Assembly: GCA_003136555.1 (NCBI GenBank)
Contig: PLEW01000244.1
Coordinates: 34,114-75,938 of the forward strand
DNA: 41,825 bases
Direction: 5' to 3'
From: Planctomycetota bacterium
Lineage (GTDB): Bacteria > Planctomycetota > UBA11346
Shown piece after piece: positions 25,176 through 36,400 of this stretch. How positions within the stretch are numbered: the stretch's first letter is position 1; the number at the start of each line of letters is the position of its first letter. The notes beneath the pieces are model-generated. The model was not told the DNA's origin. It made no database searches and saw nothing but the letters and a program-made list of their open reading frames with translations. The translations under genes and the position numbers were made by a program.

Positions 25176-28079
25176 CTACTTGCCTGCCGGCAGGGCGGAT
25201 CCGGCACACACCCCCACCACCTGCAGGGCCTTGTCGTTGATCAGGTAGCGTTTCGCCAGCGCGCTGATCTCGGCGCTGGTGATGGAGGCGTAGTCCGCCT
25301 CCATCCGCTCCGCCCACTCGATGCGGAAGGGCTGGCTGGCGGAACGGCTGAGCACGGATGCCAGCCAATATTGGTTCTGCTGGCGCTGGGCCGCCAGGTT
25401 CTTGAGGATGGGGGTCATGACCTGGGCGAGCAGCTCATCGGAGACGCCCTTCTCAGCGAGCTCCTGGGCGATCGCCAGGATCGCGGAGCGTCCCTCCTCC
25501 ACCTTGGCCGGGGCCACCCCGACCTGGGCGATGAGGTAGCCGAAGCCGCGATAGGCTTCGCTGGCGGTGCGCATCGCGAAGGGGCTGTAGGAATCCCCGA
25601 GCTCCTGGCGGATCTTGACGCGCATGCGCTCGTCCAGCACGCCCGCCAGCACCCCGACCCTGCGGGTCCTGGAGATGTCATAGAAATCCTCGGTCGGCCA
25701 GGCCACATCGATCAGCGCCCGCGCCACCGTCCCCGGCACCTCGATGCGGTGCAGACCGGCGGGCAGGGGCGGGCTCTCGGCCAGGTGGGAGGTGTCGATC
25801 GGCTGCCCAGGCGCGGCCCTGGTGGCCAGGCCGACGACCGGCTGGCGCGTCGGCAGGCTGCCGAAGTACTGGGCGATCAGGCTGGCGGTGGATTCCAGCT
25901 GCACATCGCCGACCACGTTGACGACAAGGGGCGCGCTCTCCAGGTAGGGCGTCAACCACGGACGGACGGCGGCGAAGCCGACGCCAGCTGCCTCCTCCGG
26001 GGTAGCCGCCCGGCGTTGCGGGGCACCGCTGACGGCGAGCGCCTGGAAGGTGCGGCCTACCTGCGCATCCAGGCTGGTGGCGATGCTCTGCAGCTGCTGG
26101 TGCCATTCCGCCTTGGCGATAGCCTCGCCGTCGGAGCGCCAGCCCGGATCGGTGAGGAAGGCGCGGATCTCCTGGAAGCAGAGCTCGAGCTCCTTGGGCA
26201 GGCAGGTCGCGGTGAAGGCGAAACCATCCTCGTCGAAACGTGGACCGCTGAGGTGCACCGAGCTGGCCGCCAGGACATCGTGCAGCTCGTCCGCCGAATG
26301 CTTGCCCAGGCCGCCGGCGAGGAAGGCCCGCTCAGCGAACTCCCGCAGTCCCGGTTGGTGTGGCGCCGCTGGGATGGTGATGCGCACCTGGATCAGCACC
26401 TCGTTGGGCTTGACCTCGGTATGCCTGAGCCGCACCGCCACGCCATTCGCGAGCGTGCCCGGCCAGATTGCCAGAGGCAGGGTCGCCGGATGCTCGTCGA
26501 GCCAGCGGCCTGGGGCGGGCGCCTGGCCATAGGCCCAGGTCGCGGTCTTCTGCTGGAGCGGCGGCTCGACCTGGACCAGCTGGGAGGCCTTGTAAGCGGC
26601 TGCGAGCTTCTGTGCCCCATCGGCACCGAGATCATCGGCCCCGGTGACCACCAGGGCGCCATGGCCATCCGGGCAGGTCTTGGCCCAGATCGCCTGCACC
26701 TGGGCGGCATCGGCATGCTCGATCATCGGCCGCAGGAGGTCGCGCTCCTGCGCCGGGCTGAGGAACACCTCATCGGCATGCACCGAGCGGTAGAGGGCGT
26801 CGGTGAGCGCGCTGTTGCTGCGGTTGGCTGCGTGCGCGACCGCCTCGTCGAGCTGCGCGCCGAATTCGGCGCGCGCCACTGTGAGCTCGGCCTCGGTGGG
26901 ACCATAGTGCAGGAAGCGGCGCACCTCCTGTTCGATCACCGCTACCGCCTCGAGCGCGCCGCCCTGGCGCAGCTTGGCCTGGATGCCGGCGTGGAAGAGG
27001 TCGAGCCACTGGTACGACTCCGCCTCCGCCTCGATCAGCGGCCCCTGGGGATGCTTGGCGATGGAATCGCGGAAGCGGCGCGACACGATCATCTCCCCCA
27101 GGGTGCGCAGGACGCCTTCCTGGCGAGCCGCGAGGCTGTCATGCGGGCGGGGCCGGCCGCGCACCAGGATCAGGCTCAGGCTGGTGCCCTCCGCCTCCGG
27201 CTCGCGGTGGTAGCTGGCATCGAAGCCGTCGCTCTTGGGCTGGCCAATGGCGGGAGGCTGGGGCGCGGGGGTGCGCGCCTTCAGGCCCGAGAAGGCGGTG
27301 CGGATGCGCTCGCTGATGGTGGCGGGGTCGATGGCGCCGGCGACGGCCAGGACCATGCGTTCCGGCCGGTACCAGGTGTCGTAATAGTCCCGCAGCAGGC
27401 TCGCATCGGCATCCTCGATCGCCGACTTGATGCCGATGGCGAAGCGGTCGGGGATGAGCAAGCCGGGATAGTAGGCGTGATAGATGGTCAGCCACTCACG
27501 GAAACCGGGATTGTCGCGATCGCGCATCTCCGCCAGGATCACGCCGCGTTCGCGATTGACCTCGATGGGCGAGATGAGCATGCCACCGGCATAATCGGCC
27601 ATCACCTGCAGCCCGGTGGTGATGGTCGCCGCCCGCGGATCGGGCAGATCGAGCTTGTAGACGGTCTCATCGAAGCTGGTATGGGCGTTGGTATCGGCGC
27701 CGAATGCCAGGCCGAGTCCCTGGAGTACGGTGATGAGCTTGCCGGGTGGGAAGTGGGTGGTGCCATTGAAGGCCATATGCTCGAGGAAATGCGCCAGCCC
27801 ACGCTGCTCCTCGCGCTCGAGCAGGCTGCCGCTCTCCACCAGGAGGCGCAGGGATACCTTGTCGAGGGGCTGCTGGTTGGGCATCAGGCAGTAGCGCATG
27901 CCATTGTCGAGCCGGCCCCAGGTGACCGCCGGGTCGGGATGCAGGTCGCTGACCGCCTGCGGGAATTCCGGCGCCACCACCACACCGTCCGCCGCGCCGA
28001 AGAGCACGGCCCCCCCCTGGAGCAGGCCGAGGGCAAGGCCGAGGCTGAGTGCGAAGATCGGTGGCAGGCGCTGGCTCAT
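25176..28079 (-). CDS. Exported M16 (insulinase/PqqL-like) zinc peptidase
   Basis: Signal peptide; G.LDNGMRY, GSLLE, GLAHFLEHMAFNGT (HxxEH), NAHTSFDETVY and ERGVILAE; two-half architecture. Confidence 0.92.
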   Translation of the reverse strand: MSQRLPPIFALSLGLALGLLQGGAVLFGAADGVVVAPEFPQAVSDLHPDPAVTWGRLDNGMRYCLMPNQQPLDKVSLRLLVESGSLLEREEQRGLAHFLEHMAFNGTTHFPPGKLITVLQGLGLAFGADTNAHTSFDETVYKLDLPDPRAATITTGLQVMADYAGGMLISPIEVNRERGVILAEMRDRDNPGFREWLTIYHAYYPGLLIPDRFAIGIKSAIEDADASLLRDYYDTWYRPERMVLAVAGAIDPATISERIRTAFSGLKARTPAPQPPAIGQPKSDGFDASYHREPEAEGTSLSLILVRGRPRPHDSLAARQEGVLRTLGEMIVSRRFRDSIAKHPQGPLIEAEAESYQWLDLFHAGIQAKLRQGGALEAVAVIEQEVRRFLHYGPTEAELTVARAEFGAQLDEAVAHAANRSNSALTDALYRSVHADEVFLSPAQERDLLRPMIEHADAAQVQAIWAKTCPDGHGALVVTGADDLGADGAQKLAAAYKASQLVQVEPPLQQKTATWAYGQAPAPGRWLDEHPATLPLAIWPGTLANGVAVRLRHTEVKPNEVLIQVRITIPAAPHQPGLREFAERAFLAGGLGKHSADELHDVLAASSVHLSGPRFDEDGFAFTATCLPKELELCFQEIRAFLTDPGWRSDGEAIAKAEWHQQLQSIATSLDAQVGRTFQALAVSGAPQRRAATPEEAAGVGFAAVRPWLTPYLESAPLVVNVVGDVQLESTASLIAQYFGSLPTRQPVVGLATRAAPGQPIDTSHLAESPPLPAGLHRIEVPGTVARALIDVAWPTEDFYDISRTRRVGVLAGVLDERMRVKIRQELGDSYSPFAMRTASEAYRGFGYLIAQVGVAPAKVEEGRSAILAIAQELAEKGVSDELLAQVMTPILKNLAAQRQQNQYWLASVLSRSASQPFRIEWAERMEADYASITSAEISALAKRYLINDKALQVVGVCAGSALPAGK

Positions 28080-28256
28080 GTGCAATCCTCTGTGCTGTCT
28101 GACGGCAGTGGCCCGGACGGCTTACGCCCGGGTTCGGCAACGTAGTTGGACTGGGCAGCAGACACGGCTAGAAAGCCAGCACATGCAGCTTAGCGCGCTT
28201 GTCCAGATGCGATCCGCCACCCTCCGCCGCCAGCCGGACCAGGGAGCGGACTGCCC

Positions 28257-29996
28257 ATGCTGACAGCGGCCCGGCCATGGCAGTGCCGCCCGGCTCCGGC
28301 GGACATCATCAGCGAACTCGAGCACGAGTTGCGCCTGGGTCCGCTGACTGCCCGGCTGCTCGCCTTGCGTGGCGTGCAGGGATCCGAGCAGGCGCAGGCC
28401 TTCCTGGGCAAGCGCATGAAGGATCTGCATGCACCCGAGCTGATGCACGGCATGGCGGTGGCCGCCGCCCGCTTCGCCGACGCCATCGCCAAGCGGGAGC
28501 GCATCCTGATCCATGGTGACTACGATGTCGACGGCTCGACCTCGGTCGCCCTGCTGTGCCATTTCGTGCGCGTCTGCAGCCACCAGGCGATCGCCTGGAT
28601 ACCCCATCGCCGCATCGATGGCTATGGCCTGAGCGAAGCTAGCCTCCAGGCGGTGGTTGAGCACCGCGCGGATCTGATGATCACCGTCGACTGCGGCATC
28701 GCCGACCACGGCATCGCCCGGCGCATCGAGCAGGAGACCGGCTGCACGGTGCTCATCACCGACCATCATCTGCCCCAGGGCGAGCTGCCCGCCTGCACGG
28801 CGGTCTGCAATCCCAACCACCCGCAGTGCACCTACCCTGACAAGCATCTCGCCGGGGTCGGCGTGGCATGGAAGCTCGCCTGGGCGACCGCCAAGGTCCT
28901 CAGCGGCGGCGACAAGGTGACGGATCGCCTACGCGCCTTCCTGCTCGACAGCCTGAGCCTGGTGGCCATCGGCACCGTCGCCGACTGCGCTTCGCTGGTC
29001 GGCGAGAACCGCATCCTCGTCCACCATGGCCTGCTGGCGCTGGAGCGCAGCGCCAATCCAGGCCTGAGCGCCCTGCGCGAGCAGACCCGCCTCGAGGGCG
29101 CCATCTGCGCCGCCGACGTGGGCTGGAAGATGGGTCCGCTGCTGAATGCCTCCGGGCGTGTCGGCAGCGCGATGGCCAATATCCGCCTGCTGACCGCCGA
29201 TACCGAGCAGGAGGCCCGCGAGGTGCTGGGGACCATCGTCACCGAGAACGAGGAGCGAAAACGGCTGACCCAGATGCTGACCGCCGACCTGATGGCCGAG
29301 GTCGAGCACAATCCCGCCTACGCCTCGCGAGCCAGCCTGGTCTTCGCCGGCGAGGGCTGGCACGCCGGAGTGGTCGGCATCGTCGCCAGCCGGCTGGTCG
29401 AGGCCTTCGGCAAGCCGAGCGCCGTGATCGCCATCCAGGATGGCGCGGGGAAGGGCAGCCTGCGCAGCGTGCCCCTCATCCATCTCGGCGAGGCGGTGGA
29501 CGCGTGCCGGCACCTGCTGATCAAGGGCGGGGGCCACGCGATGGCGGCCGGCATCTCGATCCGCCACGATCAGGTGCAGGCCTTCAGCGAAGCCTTCGAG
29601 CGCCATGTCTCCGGCCGCGTACCATCGAGCCACCTGGTCCCACGGACCGAATATGATGGCGAGGTATCGATCAGCGCCCTGGACGCCGACTTCTTCACCC
29701 ATCTGGAATGGATGGCGCCCTTCGGCATCGCCAATCCGGAGCCCGTGCTCCAGGTCCGCGGTGCGCTGTTCGTCTCCCGGCCCAAGCTCTTCGGCAAGGA
29801 TGGCGACCATATGCGCGCCGCGATCAGCGATGCCGGCGGCGGGATGCGCGAGATGCTCGCCTGGCGCGCCAAGGAGCACTTCACCGATTTCTGTGCCGGC
29901 GGCTCGCGCTTCGATCTGCTGGTCCGCCCGCAAGCTGGCCGGTGGCGGGGGGGATTGCAGCCGCGCCTGGTCTTCGTCGATGGCAAGACGGTCTAG
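28257..29996 (+). CDS. recJ: Single-stranded DNA exonuclease RecJ
   Basis: HGDYDVDG, GYGL, ITVDCG, ITDHH, LAGVGVA, GTVAD, GENR, WHAGVVGIVASRL, GSLRS, GGHAMAAG and PFG.ANPEP. Confidence 0.95.
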   Translation: MLTAARPWQCRPAPADIISELEHELRLGPLTARLLALRGVQGSEQAQAFLGKRMKDLHAPELMHGMAVAAARFADAIAKRERILIHGDYDVDGSTSVALLCHFVRVCSHQAIAWIPHRRIDGYGLSEASLQAVVEHRADLMITVDCGIADHGIARRIEQETGCTVLITDHHLPQGELPACTAVCNPNHPQCTYPDKHLAGVGVAWKLAWATAKVLSGGDKVTDRLRAFLLDSLSLVAIGTVADCASLVGENRILVHHGLLALERSANPGLSALREQTRLEGAICAADVGWKMGPLLNASGRVGSAMANIRLLTADTEQEAREVLGTIVTENEERKRLTQMLTADLMAEVEHNPAYASRASLVFAGEGWHAGVVGIVASRLVEAFGKPSAVIAIQDGAGKGSLRSVPLIHLGEAVDACRHLLIKGGGHAMAAGISIRHDQVQAFSEAFERHVSGRVPSSHLVPRTEYDGEVSISALDADFFTHLEWMAPFGIANPEPVLQVRGALFVSRPKLFGKDGDHMRAAISDAGGGMREMLAWRAKEHFTDFCAGGSRFDLLVRPQAGRWRGGLQPRLVFVDGKTV

Positions 29997-30137
29997 CGAT
30001 GCAGGTTGGACGGTGAACCGCCGACATCCGCCACTGGCCTGGACTGGCGCTGCGGTGCGGGCTGCCTCCCCGCCAAGCGCCTGGGCCCGTCCCGGCGGCG
30101 GCCTCCCGCCGCGACCGGACAGCGGGACCTGCCAACC

Positions 30138-31037
30138 ATGAGCCGCGACGTGCTCGCCGGCTATCCGAGGCTGAGGCTGCTCGTGTACCGCTGCAAATCG
30201 GCGATCGCCCGCACCAGCCCGCTGTGGCTGGGCCGCATCCTCGCGTACGGCGTGGGTACGGTGCTGTGGGCCTTCGATGCCCGCGGACGCAAGGTGGTCG
30301 CGCGCAATCTTGCCCATTTCATCCCCGTGCGCTGCCCTGAGGCGCGTGCGCGAGCGGTGCGCAGGAATTACATCGCCTTCAGCTGGTACATCTACGAATC
30401 CTTCCGCCTGCACCGCCTGCCGCCGGCCTTCTTCCGCCCCCCGGCGCTGACCATCACCGACCCTTGGGGGGTGTTCGCGCAGCGGCCGCTGCGCACACCT
30501 GCCATCCTGGTCACCGTGCACAGCAATTGGGAGCTCATCACAGCCGCCATCTATCATCTCGGCCTGATCGAGCGCGTCGAGGTGATCGCGCTCAGCAGCG
30601 GCGACCGGGCGATCGATGCGCTGTTCGAACGCATGCGCAACGCCGTCGGCGCCCATAGCCTGAACCTCGATCAGGCGCCGTTGGGTGCGCTGCGCGCCTT
30701 GCGCGCCGGCAAGATCCTCGGGGTCGTCGGCGATCGCGATTATACCGGCAACGGCCTGCGCGTGCCCTTCGCCGGCGAGGCCATGTCGCTGCCGCTGGGA
30801 CCGGCAGCCCTGGCGGTGCAGACGCATGCCCCGATCATCCCGCTGTACCTCGCGCGTCGCACGCACACCAGCTTCTCCCTGGTGGTCGGTCGTCCGATCC
30901 ACGCCGATCCCACCTGCTCGAAGGCCGACCAGGTGGTCGCCCTGACGCACCAGCTTGCTGCGGTGATGGTGCGCTTCATCGTCGCGGCGCCGGCGCAGTG
31001 GATCTCCTTCCACGATGCCTGGCGGCGGCAGCCGTGA
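30138..31037 (+). CDS. Lipid A biosynthesis / PIM acyltransferase family (LpxL-like)
   Basis: RNL, LVTVHSNWE, GVVGDRD, VPFAG, GPAALA, APIIP and PAQW motifs. Start at ATG 30138. Confidence 0.85.
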   Translation: MSRDVLAGYPRLRLLVYRCKSAIARTSPLWLGRILAYGVGTVLWAFDARGRKVVARNLAHFIPVRCPEARARAVRRNYIAFSWYIYESFRLHRLPPAFFRPPALTITDPWGVFAQRPLRTPAILVTVHSNWELITAAIYHLGLIERVEVIALSSGDRAIDALFERMRNAVGAHSLNLDQAPLGALRALRAGKILGVVGDRDYTGNGLRVPFAGEAMSLPLGPAALAVQTHAPIIPLYLARRTHTSFSLVVGRPIHADPTCSKADQVVALTHQLAAVMVRFIVAAPAQWISFHDAWRRQP

Positions 31038-31059
31038 GGGCGCCGCAGCGAAGGCACGG

Positions 31060-31356
31060 CTAGTCGTGGATGTCGGCCTGGCGATTGGCCTTGGCGGCGG
31101 CGATGTAGGCCTCGGGATTGGCCTTGACGCGCTCGGCTGCCGCGGCATCGGCCACCGCGATGACCAGGCGCACGGCATGCTCGCCCTTGCCGGTGCTGAT
31201 CAATACCGGCGGGATGCTGCGATCGACCGCCCGGCCGGTGACCGGACAAATCGAATTGATCGGAACGAGATCGGCAGCACCCAGGACGGGGGAGGCGCAC
31301 AGGGCCAGCAGCAGGATCATGGGTGCGGGTCGCATGATGGGCGCAGATCCGGGCAT
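31060..31356 (-). CDS. Small exported protein with a degenerate YHS-like motif
   Basis: GGAG upstream of ATG 31356; signal peptide; NSICPVTGRAVD and KANPEAY. Confidence 0.65.
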   Translation of the reverse strand: MPGSAPIMRPAPMILLLALCASPVLGAADLVPINSICPVTGRAVDRSIPPVLISTGKGEHAVRLVIAVADAAAAERVKANPEAYIAAAKANRQADIHD

Positions 31357-31436
31357 GTGGAAGCTCCAGCGTGGGAGAGGATCACGCGACGACAAGGACG
31401 GTTCGCCCGCGGTCGGACAGCGGATGCCGACCCGGT

Positions 31437-31748
31437 TCAGTAGGTCAGATCGGCGCCGCATTCCTGGAAGAGGATCTTGCCATCGCCGATCCGCCCGGTC
31501 CGGCAGATGGCGCACACCAGCTCGACCAGCTCATCCATGCGCTCCAGGGCGATGAATCCAGAGACCTCTACCTTGGGCAGGAAGTCGATGGCGTACTCGG
31601 CATCGTGGTAGTTCTCGAGATGGCCCTTCTGCCGACCGTAGCCCCGGCATTCGGCCGCGACCAGGTCCTCGACCCAGCCGGTGGCGCTCAGCCGCTGGCA
31701 CAGCACTTCGGCGCGCTGCGGACGCACCACCATCATCGCCTTGATCAT
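31437..31748 (-). CDS. PII-family signal transduction protein (GlnB/GlnK-like), C-terminally shortened
   Basis: GYGRQKG, T-loop ENYHDAEYAIDFLPKVE and B-loop TGRIGDGKI. Confidence 0.9.
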   Translation of the reverse strand: MIKAMMVVRPQRAEVLCQRLSATGWVEDLVAAECRGYGRQKGHLENYHDAEYAIDFLPKVEVSGFIALERMDELVELVCAICRTGRIGDGKILFQECGADLTY

Positions 31749-31763
31749 GCGTGAACGACCGCC

Positions 31764-32735
31764 TCAGGCCTGCGCAACCGACTGGTCGATCACCATGCCG
31801 ATCGAGCGATGCTTGCGGTAGCGGCGCTCGAGCAGCTCCTCGATGTCCAGGGCCTTGAGCTCCACCAGGTTGCGTACCACGGCATCGCGCAGAAGGTGCG
31901 CCATCTGGACCGGCTGGCGATGCGCCCCCCCGGCCGGCTCCTCGATGATCTCATCGACGATGCCATGGCGCTTGAGCTCCTGCCCGGTCAGGCCCAGGCG
32001 CTGGGCCGCGAGATCCTTCTTGTTGCCATCCTTCCATAGGATGGCGGCGCAGCCTTCCGGGCTGATCACCGAGAAGTAGCTGTTCTCGAGCATCAGCATG
32101 CGGTCGCCGACGCCGATGCCGAGCGCACCGCCGGAGCCGCCTTCACCGATCACCACGATGATCACCGGAGTGCGCAGCAGCGCCATGTCACGGATGTTCT
32201 CGGCGATCGCGATCGACTGGCCGCGCTCCTCGGCATCGACGCCGGGGAAGGCGCCGGGGGTGTTGATCAGGCACAGCACGCCGAGTCCGAACTTCTCGGC
32301 CAGGCGCATCTTGCTCATCGCCTTGCGGTAGCCCTCGGGATGCGGCATGCCAAAATTGCAGCGCCGGCGCTCATGGACATCCTTTCCCTTCTGCTGGCCG
32401 ATGAGCATGCATTGGTGGCCACCGATGGTTCCCAGGCCGCAGATGATCGCCTCATCGTCGCCGAAGGCGCGATCGCCCGACAGGGGCACGAAATCCTCGA
32501 TGATCTGGTCGATGTAGTCGGAGGATTGCGGCCGCAGGGGATGGCGGGAGAGCTGCACCCGCTGCCACGGGGTCAGCGAGGAGAACATCCTGCGGGTCTC
32601 AGCCGACAGCTTCTCGCGCAGCGACTGGACCTCGCCGGACATGCTCAGCCCGGTGGTCTCGCTCAGGCGTTCGAGTTCGACGATCTTCGATTCGAGCTCG
32701 ACCAGCGGCTCAAGGAAGTCAAAGGGATTGCTCAC
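31764..32735 (-). CDS. accA: Acetyl-CoA carboxylase carboxyltransferase alpha subunit
   Basis: DFLEPL, WQRVQLSRHPLRP, GDRAFGDD, NFGMPHPEGYRKA, TPGAFPG..AEERGQ, GEGGSGGAL and SVISPEGCAAILWK. Confidence 0.96.
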   Translation of the reverse strand: MSNPFDFLEPLVELESKIVELERLSETTGLSMSGEVQSLREKLSAETRRMFSSLTPWQRVQLSRHPLRPQSSDYIDQIIEDFVPLSGDRAFGDDEAIICGLGTIGGHQCMLIGQQKGKDVHERRRCNFGMPHPEGYRKAMSKMRLAEKFGLGVLCLINTPGAFPGVDAEERGQSIAIAENIRDMALLRTPVIIVVIGEGGSGGALGIGVGDRMLMLENSYFSVISPEGCAAILWKDGNKKDLAAQRLGLTGQELKRHGIVDEIIEEPAGGAHRQPVQMAHLLRDAVVRNLVELKALDIEELLERRYRKHRSIGMVIDQSVAQA

Positions 32736-32845
32736 GATGTCTCCATGCGGTCCGGCGCCATCCTAGGCCTCCTCGCGGCGAAGGAAGCCATCACCCTGGG
32801 CAGCGTGCCGGTTGGCCTGCCCCATCCACCAGATAGCGTGCGGGC

Positions 32846-33478
32846 ATGCGCCATCATCGCGAAGTCGAGCTGAAATGGGCGCTGCGCGCCGACCAGTATG
32901 CCGAGCTGTGCAGCCGGCTCGACCATGAGCTCGGGCCCGCGCGCCTGCTCAGGCAGGACAACCGCTTCTTCGACAGCCCTGATCACTGCCTGCGCCAGCA
33001 CGGCCTCAACATCCGCCTCCGCCATGAGAACGGCCGCCTGCTGCTGACCTGCAAGCGCCGCCTGGCTGCCGCGGATGCCCATGGGCTGCACCAGCATGAC
33101 GAATGGGAGGAATGGCTGGATGCCGGGCTGTGGTCGCGGCTGGATGATCCCCAGGTCGAGCTGGCCCACGTGCTCCCGCTGCCAGCGCCGATCATCGCCT
33201 CCCTCGGCGAGGCGCCGCTGCAGGCGCAGGGCGGGTTCAGCAACCTGCGGCGCGAGCACGACGACCACCATCCCGGAGCCAGCGCCCTGCTGTGCCTCGA
33301 CCGCACGGTGTACCCCGGCAATCGCATCGACCATGAACTGGAGATCGAGACCGCTCAGCCGCAGGAGGCCGGCGACCGCTGGCGCGCCACCCTCACCGCC
33401 TGGGGCATGACGCCGGTGGCGCAGCCGCTCACCAAGTTCGCCCGCTTCCTGTCGGCGAGCAGCGCGCAGGCACCCTAG
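32846..33478 (+). CDS. CYTH-domain (triphosphate tunnel metalloenzyme) protein
   Basis: EVELKW, Q.N.FFDS, IRLR, LTCK, LD.T, ELEIE and KFARF. Confidence 0.85.
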   Translation: MRHHREVELKWALRADQYAELCSRLDHELGPARLLRQDNRFFDSPDHCLRQHGLNIRLRHENGRLLLTCKRRLAAADAHGLHQHDEWEEWLDAGLWSRLDDPQVELAHVLPLPAPIIASLGEAPLQAQGGFSNLRREHDDHHPGASALLCLDRTVYPGNRIDHELEIETAQPQEAGDRWRATLTAWGMTPVAQPLTKFARFLSASSAQAP

Positions 33479-36400
33479 GGCGGCAGCGGTGGGAGCGAGA
33501 TCGCGGAGATGGCTCCCGCGCGGTCGGCGAAGATCAGCAGCCCATGAACCTCGAGCGGCGCACCAAGCAGCGGCGAGGCGCTGGCGAAGCGTCGCTGCAG
33601 CGCCCCGGTCGAGCGCGCGTAGACGTAGATGGCACCCTGTTCATCGGCGATCAGCGCATGCTCCCCGGCCAAGCCCATGAAGCTGATGGCGGCGCTGTCC
33701 GCCGGCAGGTTCTGCGACCACACCAGTTCGGCATGGCCATCCTTCCAGCCCAGCAGGCGCATGCTGCGGTCGCTGCGTGCGACCAGCAGCTGGCTATCGG
33801 CGGCGACCACCTGCCGGCCATCGGCCTGATCGAGCTGCGCATCATGGAATATCTCCAGGCGATCGCCGGCTGCGCCCGCCGGGCGCATGAGCTCGATGCC
33901 GGAGGCGACGGGGATGGCGATGATGCCCCCCTGATCGATGAGCATCCCGGGGCCGGAGCGCTTGGCCGACAGCACGACGCTGCTGACCAGGTGGCCGTCC
34001 GTCTCGTCGATCGCCTGCACCCGTTGGTCATCGAGCACCACCACCTTGTCGTCATGGAACCACAGCTGCGGTTCGAGCTGCCCGACCAGGCCGGTCACCT
34101 TCCACAGCTCGTGCTCGCTGGTACGGGCCGTGAGCTTGGCGCCGCTGCTTTCGGCCTCGACCACGAAGATGGCATGCCGGCCTGCCTCGAAGGTCAGCTC
34201 GTGCTCGCTGACGGCGGTGATCGCACCATGGCCGCGGTACAGGGTGTCGATGACCGCCAAGCCGCTGGTGCCCGGATTCCCGAGCAGCATCGCCAAGCCG
34301 TCGGTGGTGCCGACGATCACCCCCTGCTGGGTGGGCGTCCATACGGTGGTAAACTGGGCCGGGGCATTGTCGCCCTGGGGCGTGGCCAGGAGCTGATTGC
34401 GGCCGAGGGTGGACGCCACCGTGCCATCGCTCAGATGCAGGGTGGCGATGCCTTCGTTGTGGCGCACCAGCAGGAGGTGCTCATCGATGTCCCGCAGGCG
34501 TATCCAAGCCAGGGAGGTGCCGATCTGCCGCTGCCAGCGCACTTCCGGATGGAGCACGACCTGGACATGCTGCTCCTGCTCATCGGCGATTGCCGCCAGG
34601 TGCAGCACCTCCTGGCGATAGCCGGGGACAGCGATTTCGATGGTCAGATCGCTGGTGGCGAAGCGGCAGAAGCGCCGTTCGCCAGCCGCCAGCTGCACCG
34701 CACCGGCGACAAAGCCACCGCTTGCGATCGGAGTGGCGAAGCTGGTGGTGATGCGCGCATCGGGGATCTTCCGCCCGCAATCGCCATCGATGATCTCCAG
34801 GCGACCCGGCAGCATGACCGGCAGCTCCTGGCCGCTGCGTCCATGCGCCTGGCGAAACTGGGCGATCAGCTCCTGGACGCGACCCTGCTGCCCGGCGGTC
34901 CAGGCGCTGCGGATGGCGGCGAGGTCCTTCTCGCTCGCCTGGATCTCGCGTTGCGCCTCGGCGCATACCTCATGCGCGCGCTCCGCCGAGGGTCCCGCCT
35001 GGGCTGCCAGGAGGGTGGCCTGCTTGGCGACCGCCGGCCACGGCGTGCCCGGGTCCTTGGCGGCCTTCTCGAGCGCCGTAAGCCTGGGATCTACCGGAGC
35101 CGGCATTGGCGCCGGAGCCTGCCTCGGCACCGGTACGGCAATGGGTGCAGCCACTGGCACCGGCGCCTGGGAGGCGACGGGGGACGGGGCGGTTGGGGTG
35201 GCTAGCGGCACGCCCACGCTGGAAGTGCGGCTGGGGGTCGGCGCCTGAGCGCTGCGGGGCGGGATGGCGGTCGATGGCAGATTCAGCTGCCGGCGCAGGC
35301 TCTCGGCCTCACGGCGCGCCTTGACCACCGCAGCGACCTGGTAGGGCTGCTGGAACAGCATCGAGTACCAGGTGTACGGCTGGCCGTAGGCATCGATGAA
35401 ATGCTCCAGCTCGCGCAGCCGTGCGTCTGGCACGATGATAGATTCGATTGGCGCGAGCTCGCGCTCGGCGAACTGGTTGTGCAGCACCGGCACCCCCTGC
35501 CAGGCGCTCAGGCCGGCCACCACCACCACCGCGAACAGCAGCGTCACGGTACGCAATGTGCGCCTGCGACCGCTGTACTGCCGGGCACGCAGGGCGCGGG
35601 CCTGGAGCTCCTGGCTCTCGCGCATGTTCGGGCTGAGCGCCGCCGCGCGCTGCCAGATCACCGCCGCCTCCTCGTGCTGGCCCGAAGCGGCGAGGCGGTT
35701 GGCAGAGGCCGCCATGGACTCGGCCTCCTCCTGGAGATTGCGGTTGCGCGCTTCGGCGAGCTTGACCCTGAGGTCGCGCAGGCCCGAGCCGCTGCCGCCG
35801 GGGGCCACCGGCGGCGGCGTCATGGGGGCGGGCTGGGCATGGGTCACCGACGACGCTGGCCGTTTGACCGTGGGCTGCTCGACCGGCTTGAGCCAATCCG
35901 GCACCTCGGTCGGCAATGGCGCAGGCGGCAGGGGTGCGCGGGCAGCAGGCATGGCCGGCAGCACCGGTCGCGCGGCGGCCGGCAGCGCCGTGCCGCGACC
36001 GTTCGCATCGACGGACTGGTCATCGCGCTGGCCCTTGCTGGTCATGCGCGCGTGCTCAACCGCCTCGAGGTCGGACATGGCGCGGAATGGGCCTCGCGAC
36101 TTGCGCAGGACATTGGTCGTCCCGGCGATCTCGACCTCGAGCTCCTCGACCAGTTCGACCAGCTCGCGCAGCGAGGCGAAGCGATCGGCCGGGGCCTTGG
36201 CGATCATGCGCTGGACCAGCGAATCGACCCGCGGGTGGATGTTGGGATTGAAGGAGCTCAGCTTGGGAACCGGATCGTTCTTGTGCTTGAGCATGATCGC
36301 GAACGGGGTGTCGGCATCGAAAGGCAGGCTGCCGGTCAGGGCGAGGAAGGCGGTGCAGCCGAGATTGTAGATATCGGAGCGGAAATCGACATCGATGCCA

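Noticed and set aside
25371-28145. 924-aa plus-strand ORF (likewise 4913-6985, 21720-23582, 28929-31178 and 35401-37224)
   Set aside because: These are antisense shadows of well-supported genes, expected from GC-rich codon bias.
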